Origin: Candidatus Poribacteria bacterium
Lineage (GTDB): Bacteria; Poribacteria; WGA-4E; WGA-3G
Length of the DNA: 64,000 bases
Reading direction: 5' to 3'
Assembly (NCBI GenBank): GCA_963663765.2
Contig: CAXXUA010000006.1
Span: 384,001-448,000 of the forward strand
Below are positions 19,809 through 29,335 of this stretch, piece by piece. The position numbers and the translations under genes were made by a program. Position 1 is the first letter of the stretch. Every line of letters starts with the position of its first letter. The notes under the pieces were generated by a model, which was given only the letters and a program-made list of their open reading frames with translations, ran no database searches and was not told where the DNA came from.

Positions 19809-21578
19809 ATGGCAGAACAATCCACCCTTAATTTAGAAGATAATTCATCTCAATTAGTTTTAGAACTAACAGGCAATCCGTGGACAGATTTCGGCATTGT
19901 GAGTTTATGTGAAGAATTACGGATGGGTGCCCCAGATTTCTTGATTGAAGGGCCTACTTTGACAGAAAACGAGGTAACAATTACCATTAATGCTTTAGAT
20001 AAAGAGTCGGTAAAGGCTTGGTTTAATGACAGACTGAAAAGTCAGTGGAATCAGATATATTGGTTGAGCAAGGACGCAAGAATTTACAATAAGTCATTGA
20101 TGCATGACTTATCTCTAAAAACTGATACGGAAGGTTTCGTTGTTACCGACGAAAAAATACCGATTATGGAGAACCAAAAAAAGCGGATCAAGAAATTATC
20201 GCCGCAAACCCAAGTCAAAAATGAAATACGAGTTGCATCGCACCGATTGAATTTCATCGGTACGTTGGGAGAAGGAAAAACGAGAGATGTTCAAAAGATA
20301 AAAAGGGAAAAGGAAAACATTGTTCAAGCCTTCGTTGAAAATTGGATTTTACCTGAAGGTAAAAAAATATGCGAAATTTCTGGACGTGTAAGTAAGAAAT
20401 TAGAAGAGGCACATCAAGTGCTTAACCCTTTTTTGAATAAGCATCAAAACGTTAAAGTGCGCGGTTTTGGTGGAACAAACACTTACTCCAAGGTTAGCCC
20501 GATACTAAGATTTGTCAACCTTTGCACTACATTGGATCCGTCTATTCCATATATTTACAAACATCCGACAACATTTTTGATTTTACCAGAAATTGCTAAC
20601 TTATCACTTTTGACAAAGGTATATGGCTTATTGCAGATAAATCTCAAGGATATTAGTGATAAAAATGAACTTTCCACAGCAACAAACCTTCGTGGGATTC
20701 TGCGGACATCAGATGCATATTCGCTTGTAATCACATTGTTTCATAATATTTTCTACAAGTTTACAACAAAAGATGAATGGGATTTAGCCCCGTGGAAAGA
20801 ACCTGAAGAAATTCGACACCAAGTAACTCGGTGGGTGATTATTCCATTCGCGAGAGAACAAAATATCCGTTTCGGAAATTTCAATACAATAGAGGTGGAC
20901 CATAGACTTTACGATTTTATTAAACCGATTCGGTACAATGAAAACGATGACATCCGACTTGTACTGGATATCCTGAGTCGTATTAGTTTCAGTGCCGGTG
21001 GGGAAAACGCTGTTCGTTTATTAAGCAAGGCAATTGCAATCAGTGATTCCCAATTGATGAAAACTGCAATTTTTGGAATCTGGAAGCATGCTGATGCAAT
21101 CAATTTTCGTCCGCAAGAAGCTCGACCACATCCAATCAGATTATTACCACATTTCATTAGATATTTCTTGGAGGTGAATACTGTGTTAAATGATGAAATC
21201 CGTAAGGATTTACAAGAATTAGGACGCACAATTGGGTCCGTTTTTTCAAGCGATGTAACGCTGATTAGTAAACTTTACAACGTTTCAAGCGAGAACGCAC
21301 TTCGTGAATTTCTGAAGCAGTCCCAATATCGACTTTATAAAATTGGCCGGGTGGGTGAAGTAAAAGTCGATGGTTTTCTACACGCTGATGTGCAGGGTGA
21401 GAACAAGTCAATATCTAATGTCAAGGAAGAGCGAATCACACGCATATTAGATAAGTTATCTGAAGACACTAACGCTTGGAAACTGATTGCAGAGACCCTT
21501 TCAACGTTTGCAAGCCTCTACGCATTTAAGGCAAACTTTTTCAAATCTAAAAACCAAGGAGAGAAAGATAATGAATAA
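19809..21578 (+). CDS. cas8b: Type I-B large subunit (Cas8b/Cst1-like)
   Basis: Position before cas7, TGNPWTDFG motif, degenerate CEISG, and an AGGAGG RBS. Confidence 0.8.
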   Translation: MAEQSTLNLEDNSSQLVLELTGNPWTDFGIVSLCEELRMGAPDFLIEGPTLTENEVTITINALDKESVKAWFNDRLKSQWNQIYWLSKDARIYNKSLMHDLSLKTDTEGFVVTDEKIPIMENQKKRIKKLSPQTQVKNEIRVASHRLNFIGTLGEGKTRDVQKIKREKENIVQAFVENWILPEGKKICEISGRVSKKLEEAHQVLNPFLNKHQNVKVRGFGGTNTYSKVSPILRFVNLCTTLDPSIPYIYKHPTTFLILPEIANLSLLTKVYGLLQINLKDISDKNELSTATNLRGILRTSDAYSLVITLFHNIFYKFTTKDEWDLAPWKEPEEIRHQVTRWVIIPFAREQNIRFGNFNTIEVDHRLYDFIKPIRYNENDDIRLVLDILSRISFSAGGENAVRLLSKAIAISDSQLMKTAIFGIWKHADAINFRPQEARPHPIRLLPHFIRYFLEVNTVLNDEIRKDLQELGRTIGSVFSSDVTLISKLYNVSSENALREFLKQSQYRLYKIGRVGEVKVDGFLHADVQGENKSISNVKEERITRILDKLSEDTNAWKLIAETLSTFASLYAFKANFFKSKNQGEKDNE

Positions 21579-22551
21579 ACTTAAAGGTATCACTATAGTT
21601 TGGTTGAGTAAAACCGACCTGAGCAATCTCAACGCAGGTGAGGGTGGTGGCGGTAACGTTACCGAACTTAAGACTTATGACAACGGTAAACCGTATGCCT
21701 CCGGGCAGTCAGTCCGACATGCGCTCCGCGAGGCAATAGAACGTAACAATCCTGGAGTGTTCCATTGTACGCCAGAATCACCTTGCGGTGATATTGATAA
21801 TTGCTGGCTTTGCGATCTTTTTGGTTTTTTAAATCCAAAACTTGATGAAGGTTTTGACCGCAGATGGTCACCCATTAAAGCGACACCTGCTTTGGGACAG
21901 ATCGCAAGTGACATTGTTACCGATATGCTAATTCGGATGAGTGAAAAACCTAAACCGAGAACCAGAAGGGCACAAACAGAAGATGAACAAGAAAGTTCTG
22001 ACAACGAAGAACAGAGAAAGAGAGATCAGCGTATAGCGTACGTCCAAATGATGTCTAACGTATACCGTATAGGGCTTTCTCTTGACTTTGCAAACATTGG
22101 CTTCGCAAAAAAAGCCAAGTACGATGGTTCTGGTAACAAGGCTGAATTTAAAGGATGGGAAGAACTTGCTAACATTAGTTTGGACGATCGTAAAAAACGC
22201 GCTCTTGCTGTATTAGAAGCAATTGGCGGCATTGCAGATTTTGCGAAACAAGCACGAAACGCCGCATCGCTCTCACCCGATATTTTTATCGCATCAATCC
22301 ATTATCGTTATTCACACAGAACGCTTCGTGCTTTGGAGTGTGATGATAATGGCAAAGTCAGAACCGATACATTAAAGTTTATATTAAAAGATTTACAAGA
22401 CGACGGGGCAAAGTTGTTTTTTGGATTCACGCCAAGTGTGGTAGAAAATGACGACGAACTTCTTAAAACCGTTAAGGAATTCGAACTTGAACCTGTGAAT
22501 CCGATTCAGTCATTGAGAAATCTGTCGGAATTTGTTGAGAATGCAACGTAA
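21571..22551 (+). CDS. cas7: Cas7 (Cst2/DevR family)
   Basis: SNLNAGEG, PYASGQSVRHALR, DLFGF and R-x-SPIK motifs. Confidence 0.93.
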   Translation: MNKLKGITIVWLSKTDLSNLNAGEGGGGNVTELKTYDNGKPYASGQSVRHALREAIERNNPGVFHCTPESPCGDIDNCWLCDLFGFLNPKLDEGFDRRWSPIKATPALGQIASDIVTDMLIRMSEKPKPRTRRAQTEDEQESSDNEEQRKRDQRIAYVQMMSNVYRIGLSLDFANIGFAKKAKYDGSGNKAEFKGWEELANISLDDRKKRALAVLEAIGGIADFAKQARNAASLSPDIFIASIHYRYSHRTLRALECDDNGKVRTDTLKFILKDLQDDGAKLFFGFTPSVVENDDELLKTVKEFELEPVNPIQSLRNLSEFVENAT

Positions 22552-22608
22552 GAGTAAAAATCGGTTAGGGTGAATCAATTTTCACTCTAATTTCGATTGG
22601 AGATAATC

Positions 22609-23307
22609 ATGGAAAAAATTCTAACATGCGGTCTGCTTTGTCCATTCTGGACATCTTTCCGAAATCCAAGTACGGTGAATGTTCATGTAACTTATCCGTT
22701 CCCTCCGCCAACTACACTTTATGGCATGTTAAATGCAGCACGTGGTATGCCACAAGACTGGCAGGATGACCGTGATGAATGGCAGGTTTCTCTTGTTATT
22801 GAGTCAAAAGGGAAGTCAATTCAGACATTCAGCAAAATACTGAAAATCTATGAAGAAAAACGGAGTAAAGCGGATGCCGCAAAAGACGAATTTGGTAAGG
22901 CGTTATTTTATAAGATAACAGTCATGCGCCAGAAAATGATCGGTGTTGAATATAAGGCTTATTTCAAGGCACCAGAGAAACAACTTATTGAAGGACATCA
23001 AGCATTACTATCTCCACACTGGCCCCTTTACTTGGGCGAATCCGATGACCTTGTTGATGTGCTTTCACCTCGTATTATCGAAGTTGAACCAATTCCAGTA
23101 AAACGTATCCATTCAATAATCCCAGGATTAGAACATGACTGTCGGTTAGTAAAAGTCCCACACCGATTTGAAAAACAAGGTAAAAGTTGGCACGTTGAAC
23201 AACAACTCTACTCGATTCCACCTGAGAGAGGAATTCAGTTGAGTGAACCGAAATTAGCATATCCAATTGAAGGGAGGAATATAGTATTCAATGGAAATTC
23301 TTGGTAA
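22609..23307 (+). CDS. cas5: Cas5
   Basis: SFRNP, TYPFPPPTTLYGML and LYLGESDDLV motifs. Confidence 0.94.
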   Translation: MEKILTCGLLCPFWTSFRNPSTVNVHVTYPFPPPTTLYGMLNAARGMPQDWQDDRDEWQVSLVIESKGKSIQTFSKILKIYEEKRSKADAAKDEFGKALFYKITVMRQKMIGVEYKAYFKAPEKQLIEGHQALLSPHWPLYLGESDDLVDVLSPRIIEVEPIPVKRIHSIIPGLEHDCRLVKVPHRFEKQGKSWHVEQQLYSIPPERGIQLSEPKLAYPIEGRNIVFNGNSW

Positions 23308-25753
23308 ATCAAATCAAACATTGCTTGGGCATACCCGTGACTGCATGACTGTCTGTGATAGAATACTTTCCTTGCGCGAACCTTTTTTGCAGAACTTATG
23401 TGATCAATATGATTGGGATTGGGAGGAAGTGAAAGGTTGCGTTCGCTTTGCAGTTTGGTTTCATGACATCGGTAAAGCATCAAATCAGTGGCAGGAATAC
23501 ATAAAGGGAAATGGTAAATCAGTCACACACGCGCTCCCATCTTTTGCAATCGGCGCGATGAGTCTTGACATACGGGGATTTGAGAAAAGTCCAAGACTTG
23601 CTGCACTCTTCGCGATTTTAGCACATCACACGCAAATACTCCATAACGGTTCTTTTCCTGAAGAGAGATATCGGCGCAGTATTGATATACCTTTATCATA
23701 TCTTAACGAACATTTCGCAGCTTTTCGTAAAATTGAACCTAACTTCAAAATAGATGAATGGAATAAGCAGCAACTTCAGTTCAATCCTTTCTGTAAATAT
23801 TTAGACAAATTCAAAACAGAAGTACGAAATCATCCTGATTTACAATTTAAAACCCTTTATACCCTCATTCTCAACATACTAACAGCATCCGATAACTACG
23901 CAAGCAAGAATGAACCGAAAGGCGGTTCCCAAGATAAACCCCATGGTAGAAATCTTACTCTCGGGCAACTTATGCTAATCAACGATAAATTCCCGCTTTA
24001 CGACAATACGCCTCTGAAATTGTTGTCATTTTTACCAGAAGGTGCACAACCCAACAAGATGCAACAAAATATAGTAGCATCCGATTCTGACCGAATGATT
24101 CTAAACGCGGGATGTGGTGAAGGTAAAACTGCAGCAGCATTGCTTTTTGCACAAAGGTTGTTACAGGAAAATAAAATTGAAAGAATCATTCTGACACTGC
24201 CAACGAAATTCACAGCAAATAATCTATATCGGGATTTGGTTAGTCCAGATGGATACGATATTCCTGAGCAATTAGTTGGGATCGTACATGGCGATTCAGA
24301 ACAATTCCTGACGCAACTCTCAGATGATGGAAAAAAGCCGAATGAAGTTGAGAATGAGGAAAAGCAGAACGAAGCTGAGGAAACAAATGAGAATGTTAAA
24401 GCACAGGAATTTGAGAATAATTTCTATGCCAAACCTGTTACGATCTCAACAGTAGATCATTTGTTGATGAGTCTATATCACGGTTACAAATATGCCGATC
24501 GCGCATTTTTCAATATCGCCTCCTCTCTTGTAGTTTTCGATGAAGTCCACTACTATCAAGGAAAAACAACTAAAGCAATCGCAACGGCAATACGCCGCTT
24601 AACGCAGTTAAAAATCCCGCATCTTGTGATGACCGCGACGATACCAGACGCTGTGCGTGAACGTTTCAACTATCCTGAAAAATACCCATTTCAAAAAGCC
24701 CCCGCACTAATCAACGGCACATCAGACCCAAAGACTCCTTTTGAGATAGTCAAACTGAAAGAAACCCCATTGGATAAGGATAACGCTATTTCACCAGAAC
24801 TTGTGGATTTGGTCAATCAGAACCAAAATAAAAAACAAATCATCTTTGTTAACCAAGTCAACTGCGCAAAACATGTTTATCTTGCATTGAAAGATCAAGG
24901 TATCTGTGAAAACCTAATCTGCTATCATTCCGGTTTTATTGGCAAACATCGCGTTGAAAAAGAAATAATGATACGTTCACTTTTCAAGGGTTCAGATTCT
25001 TGTGTGTTGGTCTCAACTCAAGTAAGTGAACTTAGTTTGGACATCAGCGCAGATGTGATGTATTCTGAAATCGCACCGATAGACTCTATTGTACAAAGGG
25101 GTGGACGATTGCACCGAAACGGATGGAATATTGATGCACCTTGTGGATATGACCGCTGTAGAACTTGTGACCAAGATAGGGATGTAAACCATAGCACATA
25201 TCGACTCTATCTTATGCCTCCTTATGAGGACGAAAAAGCGTGTTTACCTTACGAACCTGACATCTTAGGCAAATCATGGAATGTTATTGGAGATCGTTAC
25301 ACGTTTGCTGATGCATGCAAGTGGGTAAATGAAGTATATCAAGATTGCCCAGTACTTATGCACACCGAACTTTCAAAAGCAATACACAACGATCTAATTT
25401 TTGGCAAAAAGCCACAAGACAACTATGCAGGAGAAAAAGCCGAGGAGGGAAGAGTCGTCATTCGAGAACAGAAATATCGTACTTATGATGTTGTTCCTTA
25501 TGATGAATTTGCCGAAATCGTCAAGCAGGATTATCGGGAATTCAAAAACTATCACCTGAGTATCCCGTCCTGGGCATTTTGGAAGGCTGAAAAGGGGAAC
25601 CAACTTCACCTTAAAGAGGGTAAACTTGAGATTAGAAATCCAAAGACAAAAAAGAGTACGACTCATCAAATTCCGTTTACAGTAATCCATGCGGACTATA
25701 ATTTTGATATTGGGCTTCCAGTAGGTTTAGAGAAACCTACAAACATGATATAA
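23291..25753 (+). CDS. cas3: Cas3 HD nuclease-helicase
   Basis: FHDIGKA, GCGEGKT, FDEVH, MTAT, STQVSELSLDI and QRGGRLHR motifs. Confidence 0.97.
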   Translation: MEILGKSNQTLLGHTRDCMTVCDRILSLREPFLQNLCDQYDWDWEEVKGCVRFAVWFHDIGKASNQWQEYIKGNGKSVTHALPSFAIGAMSLDIRGFEKSPRLAALFAILAHHTQILHNGSFPEERYRRSIDIPLSYLNEHFAAFRKIEPNFKIDEWNKQQLQFNPFCKYLDKFKTEVRNHPDLQFKTLYTLILNILTASDNYASKNEPKGGSQDKPHGRNLTLGQLMLINDKFPLYDNTPLKLLSFLPEGAQPNKMQQNIVASDSDRMILNAGCGEGKTAAALLFAQRLLQENKIERIILTLPTKFTANNLYRDLVSPDGYDIPEQLVGIVHGDSEQFLTQLSDDGKKPNEVENEEKQNEAEETNENVKAQEFENNFYAKPVTISTVDHLLMSLYHGYKYADRAFFNIASSLVVFDEVHYYQGKTTKAIATAIRRLTQLKIPHLVMTATIPDAVRERFNYPEKYPFQKAPALINGTSDPKTPFEIVKLKETPLDKDNAISPELVDLVNQNQNKKQIIFVNQVNCAKHVYLALKDQGICENLICYHSGFIGKHRVEKEIMIRSLFKGSDSCVLVSTQVSELSLDISADVMYSEIAPIDSIVQRGGRLHRNGWNIDAPCGYDRCRTCDQDRDVNHSTYRLYLMPPYEDEKACLPYEPDILGKSWNVIGDRYTFADACKWVNEVYQDCPVLMHTELSKAIHNDLIFGKKPQDNYAGEKAEEGRVVIREQKYRTYDVVPYDEFAEIVKQDYREFKNYHLSIPSWAFWKAEKGNQLHLKEGKLEIRNPKTKKSTTHQIPFTVIHADYNFDIGLPVGLEKPTNMI

Positions 25754-25766
25754 GGAGAACACAAAA

Positions 25767-26276
25767 ATGCAAAACCCAGAACACCCCAACATCACTGGCA
25801 CAGCCATCAACTACCTCTACATCTGCCAACGCAAACTCTGGTTCTACACACACCATCTCGAAATGGAGCATACCTCCGATAAAGTTGACCTCGGCAAACA
25901 CCTCCACGATGAGAGTTATCCACGCGAAAAACGCAGAGAATGGGATATCGACAGCCTCATCAAGATAGACTTCGTCGACAAACAAGGCATCCTCCACGAC
26001 ATCAAATTTGGCACATCAATGGAAACAGCACACATCATGCAGATATGTTACTACCTCTATCTGCTCAAACAGAAAGGCGTATCCAATAGGAAAGGCATCA
26101 TCAACTATCCCCGCCAACGGAAGACGACAGAAGTTGAACTCACACCCGAAAGAGAAGAAGAGGTGGAAGATTCTATCGCAAAGGTTAACGAAATATCAGC
26201 ACTACCTACACCTCCACACGCAGATTATATGAAAATATGTAAATCCTGCAGCTATCAAGAACTATGTTGGAGTTAA
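25767..26276 (+). CDS. cas4: Cas4
   Basis: ICQRKLW, KIDFVD, QICYY and CKSCSYQELC motifs. Confidence 0.96.
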   Translation: MQNPEHPNITGTAINYLYICQRKLWFYTHHLEMEHTSDKVDLGKHLHDESYPREKRREWDIDSLIKIDFVDKQGILHDIKFGTSMETAHIMQICYYLYLLKQKGVSNRKGIINYPRQRKTTEVELTPEREEEVEDSIAKVNEISALPTPPHADYMKICKSCSYQELCWS

Positions 26277-26286
26277 AAATATCCTA

Positions 26287-27760
26287 ATCAGGTAGGTGCG
26301 ATTTCTATACGGATTGGACTATAACAAGAAATTTAGCATTCTGTAGGTGCGATCTACGAATTATGATAGGTCGGGAATCGGAGTTCCCTCCTACAGAAGA
26401 AGGAAAGAGAAAAAATCAGGTAGGTGCGATTTCTATCCCTATTGGAATATAACAAGAGATTTAGCATTCTGTAGGAGTGATCTCCGAATTATGATAGGTC
26501 GGGAATCGGAGTTCCCTCATACAGAAGAAAGCAAGAGCCAAAATCAGGTAGGTGCGATTTCTATCCCTATTGGAATATAACAAGAGATTTAGCATTCTGT
26601 AGGAGCGATCGCCGAATTATGATAGGTCGGGAATCGGAGTTCCCTCATACAGAAGAAGGAAAGAGAAAAAATCAGGTAGGTGCGATCTCCGAATTACGAT
26701 AGGTCGGGAATCGGAGTTCCCTCATACAGAAGAAGGCAAGAGCCAAAATCAGGTAGGTGCGATTTCTATACGTTTTGGACTATAAAAAGAGAGTTAGCAT
26801 TCTGTAGGAGAGATCTCCGAATTACGATAGGTCGGGAATCGGAGTTCCCTCATACAGAAGAAAACAAGTGCCAAAATCAGGTAGGTGCGATTTCCGAATC
26901 GCGATAGGTCGGGAATCGGAGTTCCCTCATACAGAAGAAAGCAAGAGCCAAAATCAGGTAGGTGCGATTTCCGAATCACGATATGTCGGGAATCGGAGTT
27001 CCCTCCTACAGAAGAAGGCAAGTGTCAAAATCAGGTAGGTGCGATCTCCGAATCGCGATAGGTCGGGAATCGGAGTTCCCTCATACAGAAGAAAGCAAGA
27101 GTCAAAATCAGGTAGGAGCGATTTCTATACGTATTGGAATATAACAAGAGATTTAGCAGTCTGTAGGAGCGACCTCCGAATCGCGTTAGGTCGGGAATCG
27201 GAGTTCCCTCCTACAGAAGAAGCAAAGAGCCAAAATCAGGTAGGTGCGATTTCTATACGTATTGGAATATAACAAGAGATTTAGCAGTCTGTAGGAGCGA
27301 CCTCCGAATTATGATAGGTCGGGAATCGGAGTTCCCTCCTACAGAAGAAGGAAAGAGCCAAAATCAGGTAGGTGCGATTTCTATACGGATTGGACTATAA
27401 CAAGAAATTTAGCAGTCTGTAGGAGCGATCTACGAATCACGATAGGTCGGGAATCGGAGTTCCCTCCTACAGAAGAAGGAAAGAGCCAAAATCAGGTAGG
27501 TGCGATCTCCGAATCGCGATAGGTCGGGAATCGGAGTTCCCTCCTACAGAAGAAAGCAAGAGCCAAAATCAGGTAGGTGCGATCTCCGAATCGCGATAGG
27601 TCGGGAATCGGAGTTCCCTCCTACAGAAGAATGCAAGTGTCAAAATCAGGTAGGTGCGATTTCTATTGGACTATAACAAGAGATTTAGCAGTCTGTAGGA
27701 GCGACCTCCGAATCGCGTTAGGTCGGGAATCGGAGTTCCCTCCTACAGAAGAAGAAAAGA
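26287..27760 (+). repeat. Mosaic tandem REP array (77-bp and ~128-bp modules, ~14 copies) between cas4 and cas1
   Basis: Recurrent GTAGG(A/T)GCGAT...GTCGGGAATCGGAGTTCCCTC(C/A)TAC. Confidence 0.92.
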
Positions 27761-27777
27761 GTCAAAGGAGGCAAAAT

Positions 27778-28773
27778 ATGTCACGCAATTACTACATCAC
27801 GCAACCCGGCAGAATTCGCCGAAAAGATAACACTATCTACCTTGAACCCGAAGATGCCAAACGTATCCCTATACCCGTAGAAGACATAGACGCACTCTAT
27901 TTTTACGGAGAACTTGACCTCAACACCAAACTGCTCAACTTCCTCGCACAAAAGAAAATAGCCTTCCATGTGTTCAACTATTACGGCTACTATTCTGGAA
28001 GCTACTATCCGAGAGAATATCTCAACTCCGGTTCACTGCTCGTTAAACAGGTGCAGCACTATGAAAAACCGACGAAACGGATGGTAATCGCACACGAATT
28101 CGTCGCCTCCGCAGTTTTCAATATGCTCCGAATACTGCGGTATCATACCAATCGTGGCAAAGATTGCAGCACACAAATTCAAACAATAGAAACACTACTT
28201 AACGAAAGTCAAACTGCTACCAATACAAATCAGTTGATGGGATACGAAGGAACAATCCGAGACACCTACTACTCCGCTTTCAATACAATACTGGCGTTGG
28301 AAACACCTTTAGAAAGACGCGTTCGTCGTCCCCCAGACAATCCTATCAACGCCGCAATCTCATTCGGCAACTCATTGATGTATCCAGCGTGTCTCACAGA
28401 GATCTATCGGACACAACTCAACCCGACAATCAGTTTCCTGCATGAACCGGGAGAACGTCGTTTCTCGCTCAGCCTTGACCTTGCCGAAATCTTCAAACCG
28501 CTGATTATTAACAGAATCATCTTTCGTCTATTCAACCTCGGTCAGCTCAACGAATCCAAACATTTTGAAACGACCGTTGGTGCATGTTATCTGAATGAAC
28601 AAGGACGCAAAACATTTATTGCTGCTTTTGATGAACAACTCAAGCAGACCGTGTCGCACCGAACATTGAAACGGCACGTCTCATATCAGCGACTTATCAG
28701 ATTGGAGTGTTACAAACTCATCAAACATCTTGTCGGCATGGAGACGTATCAAGCACTCCGCCCGTGGTGGTAG
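27778..28773 (+). CDS. cas1: Cas1 (type I-B)
   Basis: RRKDNT, FNYYGYYSGSYYP, LMGYEG, SFLHEP and SLSLDLAEIFKP motifs. GGAGG RBS before ATG 27778. Confidence 0.97.
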   Translation: MSRNYYITQPGRIRRKDNTIYLEPEDAKRIPIPVEDIDALYFYGELDLNTKLLNFLAQKKIAFHVFNYYGYYSGSYYPREYLNSGSLLVKQVQHYEKPTKRMVIAHEFVASAVFNMLRILRYHTNRGKDCSTQIQTIETLLNESQTATNTNQLMGYEGTIRDTYYSAFNTILALETPLERRVRRPPDNPINAAISFGNSLMYPACLTEIYRTQLNPTISFLHEPGERRFSLSLDLAEIFKPLIINRIIFRLFNLGQLNESKHFETTVGACYLNEQGRKTFIAAFDEQLKQTVSHRTLKRHVSYQRLIRLECYKLIKHLVGMETYQALRPWW

Positions 28774-28814
28774 AGGCGAGATCACCTCGCCCGAAATACA
28801 AGGAGGCATTCACA

Positions 28815-29078
28815 ATGTATATCATACTCGTTTATGACATTGAGGTAAAACGTGTGGCAAAGGTATGCAAATATCTGCGTCAACATCTCAATTGGATTCA
28901 AAACTCAGTATTTGAAGGACAATTAACCAAAGCACAGTTCGCCCGCGTCAAATCGGGTTTAGCAGAGATTACCGATCCCGAAAAAGACTCTGTCATCATC
29001 TTTCAACTGCGCGATGCGAAATGGATGACCAAAGAGGTGATGGGTGTAGACAAAAATCCCGCCACAAACTTGTTATAG
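28815..29078 (+). CDS. cas2: Cas2
   Basis: ILVYDI, WIQNSVFEG and DSVIIF motifs; AGGAGG RBS. Confidence 0.97.
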   Translation: MYIILVYDIEVKRVAKVCKYLRQHLNWIQNSVFEGQLTKAQFARVKSGLAEITDPEKDSVIIFQLRDAKWMTKEVMGVDKNPATNLL

Positions 29079-29335
29079 ACTGGTGTTAGGGCAATAATCG
29101 GTCAACACATCTGCCGTCAACCTCTGAATTATAGCGAATATTGCGTTAATACTCTCTTACGAAATATAGTAAAAAGTGTCTATAAACGCAGTCAGGACAT
29201 ACTGCCGTCAACCTCCCAGAGAATTTGCACGATTGGAGGTCGACAGCAGACACCCAAAAAATCTGTGCAAAACAAAAATTAACTTGACAGGAACTGTGGG
29301 GGTTTGTTATCATATACATGTCATTTTCGGAGAGC
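29079..29335 (+). promoter_or_regulatory. CRISPR leader with promoter and repeated motifs
   Basis: CTGCCGTCAACCTC at 29111 and 29202, inverted GAGGTCGACAG at ~29236, and TTGACA-18-TATCAT at 29284-29313. Confidence 0.8.

Noticed and set aside
26431-26460. TTTCTATCCCTATTGGAATATAAC in the cas4-cas1 repeats resembling the CRISPR repeat
   Set aside because: Similarity is weak and gapped.
27577-27777. N-terminal extension of Cas1 (also the extended Cas2 and Cas7 starts)
   Set aside because: The Cas1 extension is REP-array sequence. RBS position and homology support starts at 27778, 28815 and 21571.
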